Made by a program: the position numbers and the translations under genes. The notes beneath the pieces were generated by a model, which was not told the origin of the DNA, made no database searches, and was given only the letters and a program-made list of their open reading frames with translations. Below are positions 23,693-36,497 of a DNA stretch of 64,000 bases, one piece after another (position 1 is the stretch's first letter; each line of letters opens with the position of its first letter). The stretch is taken from contig CP158636.1 of assembly GCA_050273025.1 (NCBI GenBank), positions 11,904,001 through 11,968,000 on the forward strand, written 5' to 3'. The DNA is from Cenococcum geophilum (Eukaryota).

Positions 23693-25395
23693 ATGGTAGA
23701 TAAAGATATGTTCCTAGGTTTAACTATCTAGATAGACCTGCTACAGGCGCTAAGGCTTTAAGGTAGGCCTAATTTAGTACCTTTTTTTAAAACTTACTTA
23801 TAAATGACTTTTCTAGCCGACTTACTATTACCCCTAAGGCCTCTCACTTGGAGCACGCTTCTTTATAAGTACCTTAGAAATCTCTTAGTAATTTTATAAG
23901 GTATTCTTACCTACGGGGCAGAGATAGGTACCTCGTTACCTATACTATCTAGTGTTTATAAAAACCACCTCTTCTTATATAATAATGAAGACCTTATCTT
24001 TAAAAAGATCGTTACTAACCTAGCCTTAGGCCGTATATAGGCCACCGACTCTATAGTTACCTTACCCCTAGGCCTAGTGCCTAAGGTAGATAGCGGCTTT
24101 CGCTGTATTTACAACCTCTCCTTACCTAAGGGATCCTTAGTTAATAACTCTATTAACCTAGCTTAGGTAACACTACACTATACCTAGGTAGAGACTATAC
24201 TAGCACACGTAATTATAGCTAGTAGGGGCTGCTATTTAGTTAAACGAGATATTAGAGATGCCTTCCGGATCATGCCCGTCTTAGTGCGGTCGCGTTACCT
24301 ACTTAGCTTTATTTAGAAGGGAGTTATATACGTTAAATGCTGTCTGCTATTTGGCTTATAAACAGCCTTATTTCTCTTTAACTTATTTACTAAAGGCCTT
24401 TACTAGATCCTAGCATAATAGATTAACTCTGCTATTAAGTACTACCTTAATAATTTTATATTTGTGGTCAAGTATCTAACTATACTACTATTACTAAGGG
24501 AGGTATACCTCTTAGTTATTGACTAGCTAGGGGTACCCTAAAATAATACTAAAAATATTAAAGGTATGGAGGCTAAAGTACTGGGTTATATGATTAATAC
24601 CGCGGCGATAGAGATAAAACTCTTACCAGTTAAGTAATAGAAAGATATTAATTAGGTAACTAAAGCTCTCTAAATAGGCTGGCTATTATTATAGCAAGCC
24701 TAATAACTGGCGGGCCGCCTAATATAGTGTGTAAAAGTTATTTGCCTTAGGCGCTCGTACTCTTGCTCCTTATAGGACTTTATAATAAAATGGCTTATTA
24801 GGCTATTAAGATATACGCACTAGCGCCTTCTCCTAGAGCTTAAGGAAGACCTTAACCTCTGGCTTAAGGTTCTTATATTAAGTAACGGTGTACTGTTTTT
24901 TAATAATAAGGAAAGGCTATAGTTTTACTTATTTACTAACGCCTTATCGCTTAAAGGCTATAGAGGCTTTTACTTTAGTAAAGAGAATAGTTACTAGCCT
25001 AATTATATGGCTTCCCTGCCCTAGGCCTAGGCTTTTAGCTATTACCCCCTATTAGACTAGGCGGATAACTATATTAATCTAAAAGAAATATATGCTATTG
25101 TAGAGGCATTTAAAAGGTGGTTATTGGTATAGCGGTATAGGTCTCTTTATATTTATATAGATAATATAGTTACTTATAGCGGTATTTAGAATAATGTTAT
25201 AAAAGGTTTTAGAAACTAATTACTCTAAGAGATACTTATATCGTTAATAATAAATAATATTACTATAACAACTATATAGGTCTCTAGCGCCAATAATAGG
25301 CTTACTAATACTCTTTTGCGATTTAACCGCAAGAAATTATTATTAATGTGCCCTAAGTGGCAAATAAATAATGGCTTCTTACTAGATAAATAATG
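23693..25395 (+). pseudogene. Ngaro reverse transcriptase / RNase H
   Basis: VKRDIRDAFRIMPV, CL(P)FGL, YYL(DD)FIFV, FT(D)A, IN.KE.YAI, (D)NRL.(D).L(S)R motifs. Confidence 0.9.
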
Positions 25396-25641
25396 ACTAT
25401 ATAGGTCTCTAGCGCCAAATAGGCTTACTAATATTCTCTTGCAATTTAACCGCGAGAAATTATTATTAATATGCCCTAAGTGGCAAATAAATAACGGCTT
25501 CTTACTAGATAAATAATAACTATATAGGTCTCTAGCGCTAAATAGGCTTACTAATATTCTCTCGCGATTTAACTATAAGAAATTATTATTAATGTGCCCT
25601 AAGTGGCAAATAAATAACGGCTTCTTGCTAGAAAAATAATA
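25271..25641 (+). repeat. Tandem triplication (~125/123/123 bp) of the RNase H C-terminus
   Basis: Units start actatataggtctctagcgc at 25271, 25396, 25519. Confidence 0.95.
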
Positions 25642-25644
25642 CCT

Positions 25645-26701
25645 CTTTAGGTGGCTACTAACTCTTACAGTTAACCTAGAGTTGTTTAATTAACCTCCCC
25701 TAACCTTCTAAAGCGAGATTAGTGGGTCTTACTGCTTTTCGCTACTTATATAGCATGGCTTAGTAGCTAATATAAGGAAGGGCTACTCCTCCGCTATTAA
25801 GAGCTGGGAGGCCTTCTTAGCCCTAAATGGTTTATTACCGTATCTAGCTAAGAAGATAGATTTAGGGGAATAGATTGCTTAATAAGCGTTTAATACAGCC
25901 GCCCCTCTAATAAGTAGGGTTAAGCTAGAAACTCTCTTTAATTATATCTTTATAATCCGATCTTGTTATATAGATCTAGGTTACTTAATCGCTGCCTTTA
26001 AAGACTATACTATTAAGAGGGCCCTAGCGGGGGCTATATTACTATTCCCATCTACTAAAAAGACTAAATTACCGATTACGAAGGATATCCTAGACAAGAT
26101 TATTACGCTTAGGCCCTATAAGGCGGATGTAAATATAGATATGGTATTTATAATAGCGTTTATAGGTTTCCTACGTATAGGAGAAATTATATACCCAAAT
26201 AAGAAAGCTAAGGACTTTAGCACTATAAAGGCCCTTTATAGTGACGTTAGGATCGCCCCTAATAGCTATTTAATAGTCTTTTACTTAAAATAGAGCAAGA
26301 CAGATAAAACCTATAGTGGCGTTAATATTTAGATCGCCGCTATACTAGGAGATTGTCTATACCCCATAGCCGTAATAATACGGTTATTTAACTATAACCC
26401 CTGGCTTCTATTAGATTTATTATTTAGCGTTAATAATAGAGCTTTTTTGGCGCTAGTAGTGCGTAAGATTTTATTAACCTACTTAGCCGCTAGCGGCATC
26501 CTGCCTAACGGCTACTCTAACTACTCCTTCTATAAGGGTGCAGTATAGTATATATATAATTATGGCTTCGTAGAGTTATAAATAGCGCAGTTAGGTTAAT
26601 AGACATTAAATACGGTTAAACTTTACTATAATACCTCGGAAACTAAACGACTTTAATTAAACTCGAATTTCCAGCGGAGTGTACCTATACTGGCTATGTA
26701 A
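25645..26701 (+). pseudogene. Tyrosine recombinase of the Ngaro element
   Basis: GFLRIGE (R), LK*SKTDK, GYSN(H)SF(R)KGA, LG(RW)T..VKLYY catalytic motifs. Confidence 0.9.
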
Positions 26702-26729
26702 TGGTGCTAGAGGCGCGTTACCTAGTACG

Positions 26730-26925
26730 TTCTGCCATATCTACAGAATATAGCAGAAGGTAATAGGCAGAAGATAACAGAATATAGCAGAATATGGCAG
26801 AATATGGCAGAACATGGTAGAACGCGACACTGTATATATACTACGTCTATTATACTATGTTAAAGCATACCAACATTAGCATATTGCCGCGATATTGCCG
26901 CAATATGCCGTATATTGCCGTCTGC
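26730..26925. repeat. Tandem ATATGGCAGA and ATATTGCCGC 10-mers with an inverted pair
   Basis: gttctgccatat (26729-26740) vs atatggcagaac (~26802-26813); atattgccgc-like x4 at 26881-26920. Confidence 0.8.
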
Positions 26926-29900
26926 CGTTCTACTATACTGCTAAGCCTAAGGTGGAATTAAGACTTTATACTTTTCAAACTACGGAAATTACCCCCGTTT
27001 TAACTTAATTCTTTATAGGTAGTAGGCGCTTCGCTAGTGGGCACCGGGTAGAATTTAGGCCAGATCTCCGAAGTTTAGGCCTAAAAAGCCTTATAAACGC
27101 TATAATATTGCCTAGATCCCGCCCTATGAGCCTATACCCCCTATAATCGATATATTTAAAATAGACTATAACCTATTCGTGCCGTGCAAGAGATAGATAT
27201 CACGTGTCTATATATTACTTGGCCGAAAACCCTGCAACTTAGGTATTTAACTAGATATTTAACACGGTTAATAGCATTATCGCTTATAACTGTACTTAAT
27301 AGGTCGTTCTTTTTACCTACCTACCCCCCTTCCGATGTATATTAGATTAGATACTTGCAGTCCTATTTAGGTCTAGCGGCAGGCTACCCTATTAGGGGCA
27401 CCGGGTAGGATTTAGGCCAGATCTCCGAAGTTTAGGCCTAAAAAGCCTTATAAACGCTACGATATTGCCTAGATCCCGCCCTATAAGCCTGCACCCCCCA
27501 CAATCGATATATTTGAAATGGACTATGACCTATTTATGCCGTGCGAGAGATAGACTTAATAATAGACACCTAATTGCGATTACCTAGCTTTATAATAAAG
27601 GCTTAAGCCTCTAATTAAGGAATAAGCACCTTAACCTTATCGCCTAACCCTATTATAATTCCTTTCTTATCTATATTGTACTAATCGCCTAGGGGAATTA
27701 TATACTTAGTAATAGTAGCTTTATAGAGATTAAACCACTCTTTAATAATCTCTAGATCCTCAGCATCCTTTTACTTTTAATTAAGGCCTTAGGTAAATTA
27801 AACTTTAAGCTTTAGGTGTCAGGTAAGGAAGTTTTTATACTAGTATTGGCTAAGCTCTAGAGGACGCTTCTTTATAGTAAGGATACTTTTAGCTATAGAT
27901 TTAAGGTATTAAATTTAAGGTGGCTAACCCTAGGCTCCTATTATATTAATTTATTTAACTATAGAGTCCTCCTTAATAACTAAGAGTTTTTAAAGCTTTT
28001 AGTAATACTCCTTACTTAATTGGCGGCCGTTACAACAATGGTAAATAGAAGAAGGCGATAAACCGTATATTCGGGCAAGCAAACGGGTAAACTAATTAGG
28101 ATTGGCTTCCAATAATTAAAGAATAACTTGCATTCGATTTTCTTGGTTAAGCGACAGTAATTAGGGGGTAGTAGAGGACATGGTGGTGGTGTAGTAAAGG
28201 AGTATTTTGATGTTTTGATTTTGATTTTAGTAGGAGGTCCGTGCATTGTCTCAGGTGGGTAGCTGTTTCGTTTAGGTGGCTAAGACGTTACCGCCCGCAA
28301 GTTTTTTTCTAACCAATTAGAAGCCAACTTTCAAACCAATCAAAAGCTGGCTTGGCGGAAGTTTGAATTCTAGGACACCCACCCACCTGAAAGTATAGAC
28401 CACTCGTACCTCGGGTCAATAAATACCCTACCCCTTAGATATCTTAGTATACTTAGCCCTTAGTATCCTTACTGTTTCTACTACGCTATAACTTATACTT
28501 TAAGCCCTATTTAGTTTTCTCTTAGGTTATATTTAACGAGTAGATTCCTAAGATTCTTAAATTTCTTAATTATAGTGTTAGCCTTTTAACCTGTAGGCTA
28601 AGCGCTATACTTACCTATTATAGTAATCCCTATTTATTCCTTAAACATCTAGGTCCCTAAAAACTCTCATTCCGTACTTATTTATTTATCTTTAAAGTAA
28701 GCCGCTACCCTAGTCTACTTAAACTCTTAGGTCTCTCTTATTTTATCTTATCTTAATAATCTTAAGCCTATAGTTTTTTACCTTTATTAAGTGGTAAGTT
28801 AGTACTAGTATAGTGGGGTAAATTGGCTCACTAGATTTAATATCTAGTTTTGGTATAGTTTAGGGAGTGTATAGGCCTTCCGTAGATATATAGATTGGCC
28901 CGCAGCCCTGGAGTCTTTAATAACTTAAATAGGCACAACAGGTAGAGAGTCTCTTTTGAAAAATACACTCTTTTCTTCTCTTCTTACTAACTGCTTTCCT
29001 ACTAATTTCTACTAACTAACTACGACCAACCAATAGACCGATAGCACCGTAACTTCTTATCTAGAAAGAGACCTTCCCTCTTATATACTTTATGGCATTT
29101 TACGTAGGGACGACGGTAAGCTCTTTAGATTAGAAGTCTAGCACTCTATATATAGGAGATACGTAGAAACGTGCTATAGCTATAGAAGGACTAAAAACTA
29201 TTAAGTCACTATTACTAAAAGCCGTTAAGTTACTAATAGGTGCGGAAATTAAGTATGGAACTACTAGTAATATACGCGCAAGCATTACTATTATTAAGAT
29301 AAGTTAATAGCACTTTTAGAGATTATTATCTAAGACCTATAGTAGATGGAATAGATAACTAAGAGTGGGAATGCGAGTATGGGGTACGGTAGGATGGAGG
29401 ATAAAAAAGAGGATTAGAATATATTTGTTATAGCACTAGCAGAACTTAGCAGAACTTCGCACTAGCAAGTTGCCACAGATTGCCGCATATTGCGGTCACG
29501 TGACGCGAAGATCTTATAAAACATTAAGCGGCGCTACTCTTCTTCTCCTTTCCTTTCCCTAGCTTTAGATTCTCGTTTATAGACAATCTAATTATATAGG
29601 CTTACGCGTACCTTATACCGTGCTTATACCTTAATTAACTAAGTCGCTAATATTACCTAAAGCTTATCCACCCTTTCTTCTTAAGAAGGAACTTAAATAT
29701 ATCTAAAGAATAAAAACTAGAATAAGAACTAGAACTAAAAAATATAAAAAGAATACAAACCCTAAAAATAGGATAAGCACGGACCAGAATCCCTAAAGAA
29801 TTTACCCAAAATTATCTAATACCCCTACTACTATACTAAAAAACATAGCAGCTAGTAAAGTAGCTGCAGGACTTTTAAATACCTTAGATGACGAAATAGT

Positions 29901-30884
29901 TAATATTTTAAACCCCTAGGCAAAGCTAGCAGCAGCTAATACTAAGATTAAATAACTGCGAGAGCTGCTTAAAGCTAGAGATACCCCTACTTTCATATCT
30001 AGTAACGAATTATTAAACACCTAGAGACTTGCTATAGTCCTTAAGGCCTTATCCTAGCGCCTTAGCGGACCTACTAAGCCCTATATAGCACTATCGCGGT
30101 CCGTAAAGTTGCGGACCCCCTATTACTTATAGACGGAATAGACCCTATATTTAATAACTAGAAGCTCTAACTATAGGATAAGCTTAAAGTTAATACCGAC
30201 CACTTTCCTACCCCTTAGGCCCGAATGGCCTATGTCTTTGGCCGTACTAGTAGGGACGCTTAGATGTACCTACGCCTTTAATACACTAAGGACTTAGTAA
30301 ACCCTTTTACTTCTAAAGAAGAAATAATTAACTACTTATCTTCTATTTATAAGGACCCCTTTAAGGTATAGAACGCCCGCCTTAATTATAAAGGCCTAAA
30401 TATAAAAATAATAGAGACCTTTTTTGTTACGGACGCTTTAAGTGCGATGTTATAACTACTTAGAGAAGAGTTGGAAGAAGCTAGTTAGTTAATATAGGCA
30501 CGGTCTAGGATGGATCCGGTAGAACTATGTAACGAGGAATGGTAACCGAGTCACGTGATGTGATCTGTATAATCTGTGTAATCTGTATAATCCGCGACAG
30601 AGTAAATAGAGTACACGTATATTACGTATAAGAAGGATTTTATAGGAGTATAGTTGTGTATTTAAGGACCCTTAGTCCCTACCTAGATAGTTCCTTCCTT
30701 ATAGTAATTCTTAGAATATAATTAGAGTTAATCTATTAGGCAACTACTCCACTAGTTATTATTACGTTGTTAATTTACTTGTAATACCTACACACCTAGC
30801 CCAATAACAAGCCTACCGTAGTACTTGCTATAAGGTTCCGTTATATAATTACTACCTAGTTACGGTTTTAATAAGTTAAACAAT

Positions 30885-33800
30885 ATGCCACTAAAAGTAG
30901 CCACCACAACGCTATTGACGGCGGCAACTACTTTAAGGTTAGGAGGTAACACTAGTATAGCAGATACTAACTCACAGCAACCTATAACGGTCGGACAACT
31001 ATAAGAGATAGTTGACTAGTTAATAGAGAATAATGCGACACTTAAATAAAGGATTAATAGGATAGGAGCAGCAAAGGTTAAGTTACTATTAATTAAAAGA
31101 TTCTTAGGAGAAAGATTAAAGCTTAAAGGATTTCTTACGTAAATGCACTTTAAGGTAGCGTAGGAAGGAGTAAAGCTAGTAATACTCACGGATCGGATAG
31201 CTTATGCGGGATTATTCTTATTAGGAAGAGCACTTAAATAGTTTAAGCCTTACCTTATAGAGATATAAGTAAACGGAATAACGATAATAAACTAAGACGT
31301 ACGGTTTATATTCTTAAGTTAGGAGGGATTTATAGAGTAACTTATACAGATGTTTAGAGACCTAGAGTTAGCAACTATAGCGGAAAGAAAACTCTAAAAT
31401 ATTACGCAACGAACCTTAGCAATTAAGTACACAACGTAGTTCTAAACGCTAGTAATGTAAGTTAAGTGGAATAATAGGGCGCTTATAGCATAGTATAAAT
31501 AGGGACTTAAGGCTAAAGTCTAGGATATAATTATTCTGATAGAAGATGCGGATACCCTAAGGGAATTAATAGATTAAGCGATTAAGATTAATAATAGGAT
31601 CTTCTAAAGGGAACAGGCTAAGAAGGGTTAGGATAGAGTTCTATAGTTATATAAGGCGTAGAGTATATAACAATTAAAGCCAAGTTAAAAACTATAGTAT
31701 GGCGTAGAGCTAATAGACCTAAGTGGTACTAAAGAAACCTACAAGAGATGGAGTAAGAAACTATAAAAACCTAGAGGTTAAGGATCTAGTAATTACAGGA
31801 CTAAGAAGCATAGGCTAGACTAGGGATCTTAGCAGTAGAAGATATTTAGGCAGACTCTATAGTAAAGTTAATGGTTTAGAGATAGAGCTTATATAAATTA
31901 CGGGAAACAGGGTCATTTCGCGAGGGATTATAAAGATAGTTAAAGTTACTATATAATAAAGGGAACCTAACTAGTAGAATACATACACGTATAGAGGGAT
32001 GATAGTGTACTGCGAGGAATAAAAGAATGTTTAATTAGAAGTTTCGCGTTTTGTTACAATAACGTATACCAAATTTATAAAGACGCTAAGTATAGCGTAA
32101 GCTATTAGCTATAGGAGCCAAAATCTATAGAGTGTAGAGGAACTAATAAACCATTACACAGATCGGATATTGAAGATAATGAGTTTAACACAGGCAAAAC
32201 ATTTATAGATAACGAGGAAATAAAGGCAGTTTACTGGGAACGTGTAAACTTTAAAGAAGTTATAATAGAAGTAGAGACTAAGACCGCTACAGAGCAAGGT
32301 TTAATAACGGGCATTATAACACCGTTAGATACGGCATCCATCGCTTTATAAGACGGAAGGAGCAATATCTAAAGAAGATTAAGCAAGCAGACGACTGCTA
32401 GTACTAGCTCACTACTCGATAAAGGCAAAAGGCCAAAGGCTTAAGATTCTTAAGATAAGATAAGAGAAATCTAAGATTCTAAAGACAGGATAAGGATAGC
32501 TTAAGGACCTATAACGGACGACAACCAATAGAGTAGAGTAATATCTTAGTTTAAAGATATACAAATAAGCTTGGGATAGAGTTTCCTACAGGCATCAGAT
32601 TCTTAAGACGAGATAAATAAGATTTAAGACTCTTAAGACAAGATGAGAACACTATAGACGCCTAGTTAGACTAAGGCGGGAGCTAAGCTTAAGTTAAAAG
32701 CAAGCTTAGGATTAAAGAATCTAAGGGACTAAGAATTCGGAGTATAAATAAGGACACCTATAAGTAAGAGGTAAGGAGCTTCTTTATAGATTAGAGAATC
32801 TACAATATAAACAGTAGTTAGACTAAGAAATAGATATATAAACCTAGAAGACTTACTAGGGGAATATAGTGTTTAGCCTAAAGATCGAAAAGTTAATACT
32901 AAGATTAAGAAGTATAAAGACTTTAAGGATTTACTTATAAGACGCAAAAAGAAAGAAACTATAGAGGAATTTAGAGCAAGAATTACCTTATGGCAAGAGC
33001 AGAAACTAGATAAAAAATCTAGTTTACTAGATCATATAAGGGATAGAGCACCTATATAAAGAATTACTAATAGGCCAAGAGTAGGCATACTAAGAGCTAA
33101 GTGGCTTATTAAACTAGAATAAGAAGAGGATCTAGGGATTTTAACTAGGTTTAAGGAACGATATATAAAGGGCTATCACGACGCAGTAATAAGAAGATAT
33201 TTCCTTACGGACGAGCCGTATACACTTAAAGGGTTATACTAAAAGTGGTATAAACAGCAATATAATAATAAGTAAAAAGATTTCTATATATAGTTGGATA
33301 AAAAAGTTATCTAAGACCACCCGATTATAGAAAAGGCTATAACTCACATTAAAGAAGCCTTAATTATAATATTAAAAGATCTAGAGAAGCGAAAGACGAA
33401 TTTTAGTACTTATAAATAAAGTCGCAACGCTCAGATTAATAAGAGATAGGTTTAAACTCTAGGATAAAGATAAGCCAAAAGTTAACCTAAGACACTAAGT
33501 ACATTACACACTATTATAAATAGTATGCGTAAATAATGCGTATAACATACATAGAGTACCTAAAGATAAAAATCGGAAGTATCTAATAAGAATATATTAG
33601 ATAACGGATAAGGCAAAATATTAAAACGCTAAGTATATATATAGTTAGCACCTAGTAGAAGTTTAAGAATAAGGGGACTTAACACTTTAACCAGGAAGAT
33701 TCCTTATAGAAGAATACCTAGATAGACAATAATAGTGGGAATGTCTAGAGAATACCTATCTATAGTATATTGAAGACAAAAAGCGAACTAAGTATTGGCT

Positions 33801-33900
33801 TAAGTTAGACTAAGTATAAATAGGATTAAGCAGCTAATAGTTAGGAAAAGTAGAGGCCCACGGAACTAGAGGGAACTAGTAATAGAGCCTTAGACCCTTA
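30885..33900 (+). pseudogene. gag: Element C gag with ~2-kb C-terminal extension
   Basis: ATG 30885; knuckle (C)IN(C)GKQGHFARD(C) ~31890; further C-x4-C-x2-H motifs near 32050, 33525, 33740. Confidence 0.75.
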
Positions 33901-36497
33901 AAGAAATTTAAGGACAATACCTAAATTTATAAGTAAAGTGGTAAGATTAACAGTTTAAGGCATTAATAGATAGTAGAGCAACAAGGAACTATATTTCGCT
34001 AGCAGCAGTTAAAAGAATAGGGTTACCACACAGGAAAAAGAAATATTCTTACCTATTAGTAATAATTTTAGGAGATCCGATAGCCTATAGAGGAGGCATC
34101 ATCAATCTTAAAATAGGACCTATTTAGATAACTATTAAAGGAAGATAAATTAAGATATCTTTTAACATATTACCATTAGGGAATAATAAGGCAGTATTAG
34201 GAATGCCTTAGTTACAGGAATACAATCTAAAGATTAATTAGGTTACAGGTTAGGTCAATATTAGGAATACTTAACGCCGTAAAATGCAATAATAAGCTAA
34301 GTTAGTATAGTACTAAGCAGGAGCAACCTACAAAGAAACCGAGAAAGGGTTAGGCTATATACTAAAGAGATACCATAAATATAGCAAGAAACTATAGTCA
34401 TTGGAAAGTAAAAAGCTATTAGAGTATGCAGTATAGGACTATAAGATAGAATTGGAACCAGAAACAAGTCTAAGGTTCTTTCCAATCTACAAGCTTACTA
34501 AAGAAAAAGGTAGAGCGTTAAAGGAGTTTATCTAGGAAAACTTATAAAAGGGATATATTAGACCATTACAATTATCAGCGGGTTATCTAGTACTTTTTAT
34601 ACCAAAAAAGAATAGCAAACTAAGGCTGTATATTAACTATAGATAGTTAAACAGCATTACCAGAAAGGATAGATATCTTTTACCCTTAATTAGTAAGATC
34701 TAAGACAGGATAGGTAACGCGCAAATCTTTATAAAGATAGATCTAAGATAGGCGTACCATTAGATTAGAATTAAGGAAGGCAACAAATAAAAAGCAGCCT
34801 TTAGGTCAAAGGAAGGACTATATAAGCTATTAGTTATGCAATTTAGGCTTATAAACGCACTAGCAACGTTCTAAAAGCGTATTAATAATATATTAGGAGA
34901 ACACTTAGATGAATTATTATAGTATATCTTAACGATATTATTATCTACTTAATAACTAAGGAAGAATATAGAGAACACGTTAAATAGGTCTTAAAGAGAC
35001 TATAAGAAGAACAGATGCTAGTAGTAATTAAAAAATGCGAGTTCTTTACTAGGAAGACCGATTTTGTTAGATTCATTATTAAACTAGGCTAACTTAGCAT
35101 AGATCTAAAGAAGATTAAAGCTATAGTAAATTAGTAAAAACCAGAAAACGTTATATAGTTAAGATTGTTCCTAGGGTTTTATAATTACTATAAAAGGTTT
35201 ATAGCGCAATAGTTAAAGGACATTAAGCCATTTACGCGGTTAATAAAGAAAGAAAAACTATAGGTATAGGGAAAAGAGTAATAAAAACTATTTAAGGAAG
35301 TCAAGAGGTTGTTTACCTAGGAGCTAGTTCTTAAGATCTATTAACTAGATCTAAAGACAGTTATAGAAACAGATGCATTAGACTTTATACTAGGAGTATA
35401 CTTTATGCAAAAGTATCTAAACGGATAGCATCCAGTAGCATACTATAGTCGGAAGATAACACTACTAAAGTTAAACTATAACATTTACAATAAGGAGTTA
35501 TTAGGTATAGTTACAGCACTAAAGGAATAGAGAGCATTCTTATAAGGCATAGAAAAACCATTTATAGTTAAGACGGATTATAAGAACCTAACAGGATTCC
35601 TAATAACGAAGGAACTTAATTAAAGATAGGTTAGATAGGCAGAGATGCTTATAGAATACCATTTTAAGATTTAGTATATTAAGGGTATAGACAATATAAG
35701 AGCAGATGCTCTAAGTTAAAAAGCTGAATTATAAAATAATAAAAAGCCATTAGGGGCTTTACTATAAAGGGATATAGATGGACTGATTAGATACAATTAT
35801 CTAAAAATTATAGCGACTTAGGAAGAACTAGAGAAAGTTTATAAGTTACTAGAGAGCTTTTAGGTATAAAGAATTCTAAAAGTATAGCTAGAAGATCTAT
35901 AGTCGGATATATACAAAAATCAAGAAGTAAAGTACATCCTAAGAAGCATAGCAGAGCAATTTATAGAAGATTTCCATAAAGGACTAGCTTAAGGACACAA
36001 CGGAGCTACGGGCTTAGTGTTAAGACTCTAAGAGGAGTATATTATTAACGGAATCTATATAACGGCGCTATCGCGCGTTACCTACCAAATTCTGCCATAT
36101 TCTGCCGACCTGCAATTGGCCCGCCTAAAGCTAGCGCCTTGGCGGCTTACCCTATATATTTGTTTACATCGGTCCTAGCAACCCCTTTTCCTTCTCTTTA
36201 GCTTAGTATCTTCGTAATATAGCATTCTACAAGCTTTGGTTTAGAGGCATTTGTATAAGCCGTGATATTATACTAAGCTCACCCTACCTTGCCTAGGAAG
36301 GCCTTAATAATATCCCACCCTAAAGAAACTTCGTCTGTAATAATATATTAACGCGCTATACTTAGACACTAAAACAACTTTATATTACCTGGGAAGGCCT
36401 AAATAATATTCCACCTTATAAGCTAGACAGGACTAGACCTGTACCCCTAGAATTGAAACTAAAGCGTATAATACTAACGAACCTTAGGAAGCTAATA

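Larger units (their letters stand above)
22463..27553 (+). mobile_element. Ngaro-type tyrosine-recombinase (DIRS order) retrotransposon, full length
   Basis: Split direct repeats A1 22463-22581, B1 27039-27196, A2 27197-27315, B2 27396-27553; gag-RT/RNaseH-YR order; no TSD. Confidence 0.93.
21490..28181 (-). pseudogene. Pogo/Fot1 DDE transposase, split (28181-27554 and 22462-~21490)
   Basis: ATG 28181 with HTH (LARIYGLSPSSI..RNGR); YN(M)DEKG, GNRN*VSII|CI, LLIL(D)G(H)ESH, HLL*PL(D)ISIFSPL motifs. Confidence 0.9.
21371..28288 (-). mobile_element. Fot1/pogo (Tc1-mariner) DNA transposon, interrupted by the YR retrotransposon
   Basis: ~70-bp TIRs acgtcttagccacccaaacgaaacagc.. / ..gctgtttcgtttaggtggctaagacgt; TA TSD at 21369-70 and 28289-90. 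Confidence 0.95.
19409..28421 (-). mobile_element. Non-autonomous Helitron2/Helentron-like element (~2.1 kb without the nested pogo)
   Basis: 5' end TATTGACCCGAG (28421-28410) pairs with subterminal ttttgacctgag (19441-19452); hairpin gcgga..tccgc 19413-19431, then ATGT end; TT site, no TSD. Confidence 0.55.

Noticed and set aside
25645..26701. Tyrosine recombinase as a Starship captain or Crypton
   Set aside because: It lies downstream of RT/RNase H inside split direct repeats, so it belongs to the Ngaro retroelement
28016..28246. ORF-track 76-aa ORF
   Set aside because: Starts in the TIR and is out of frame with the real transposase (ATG 28181)
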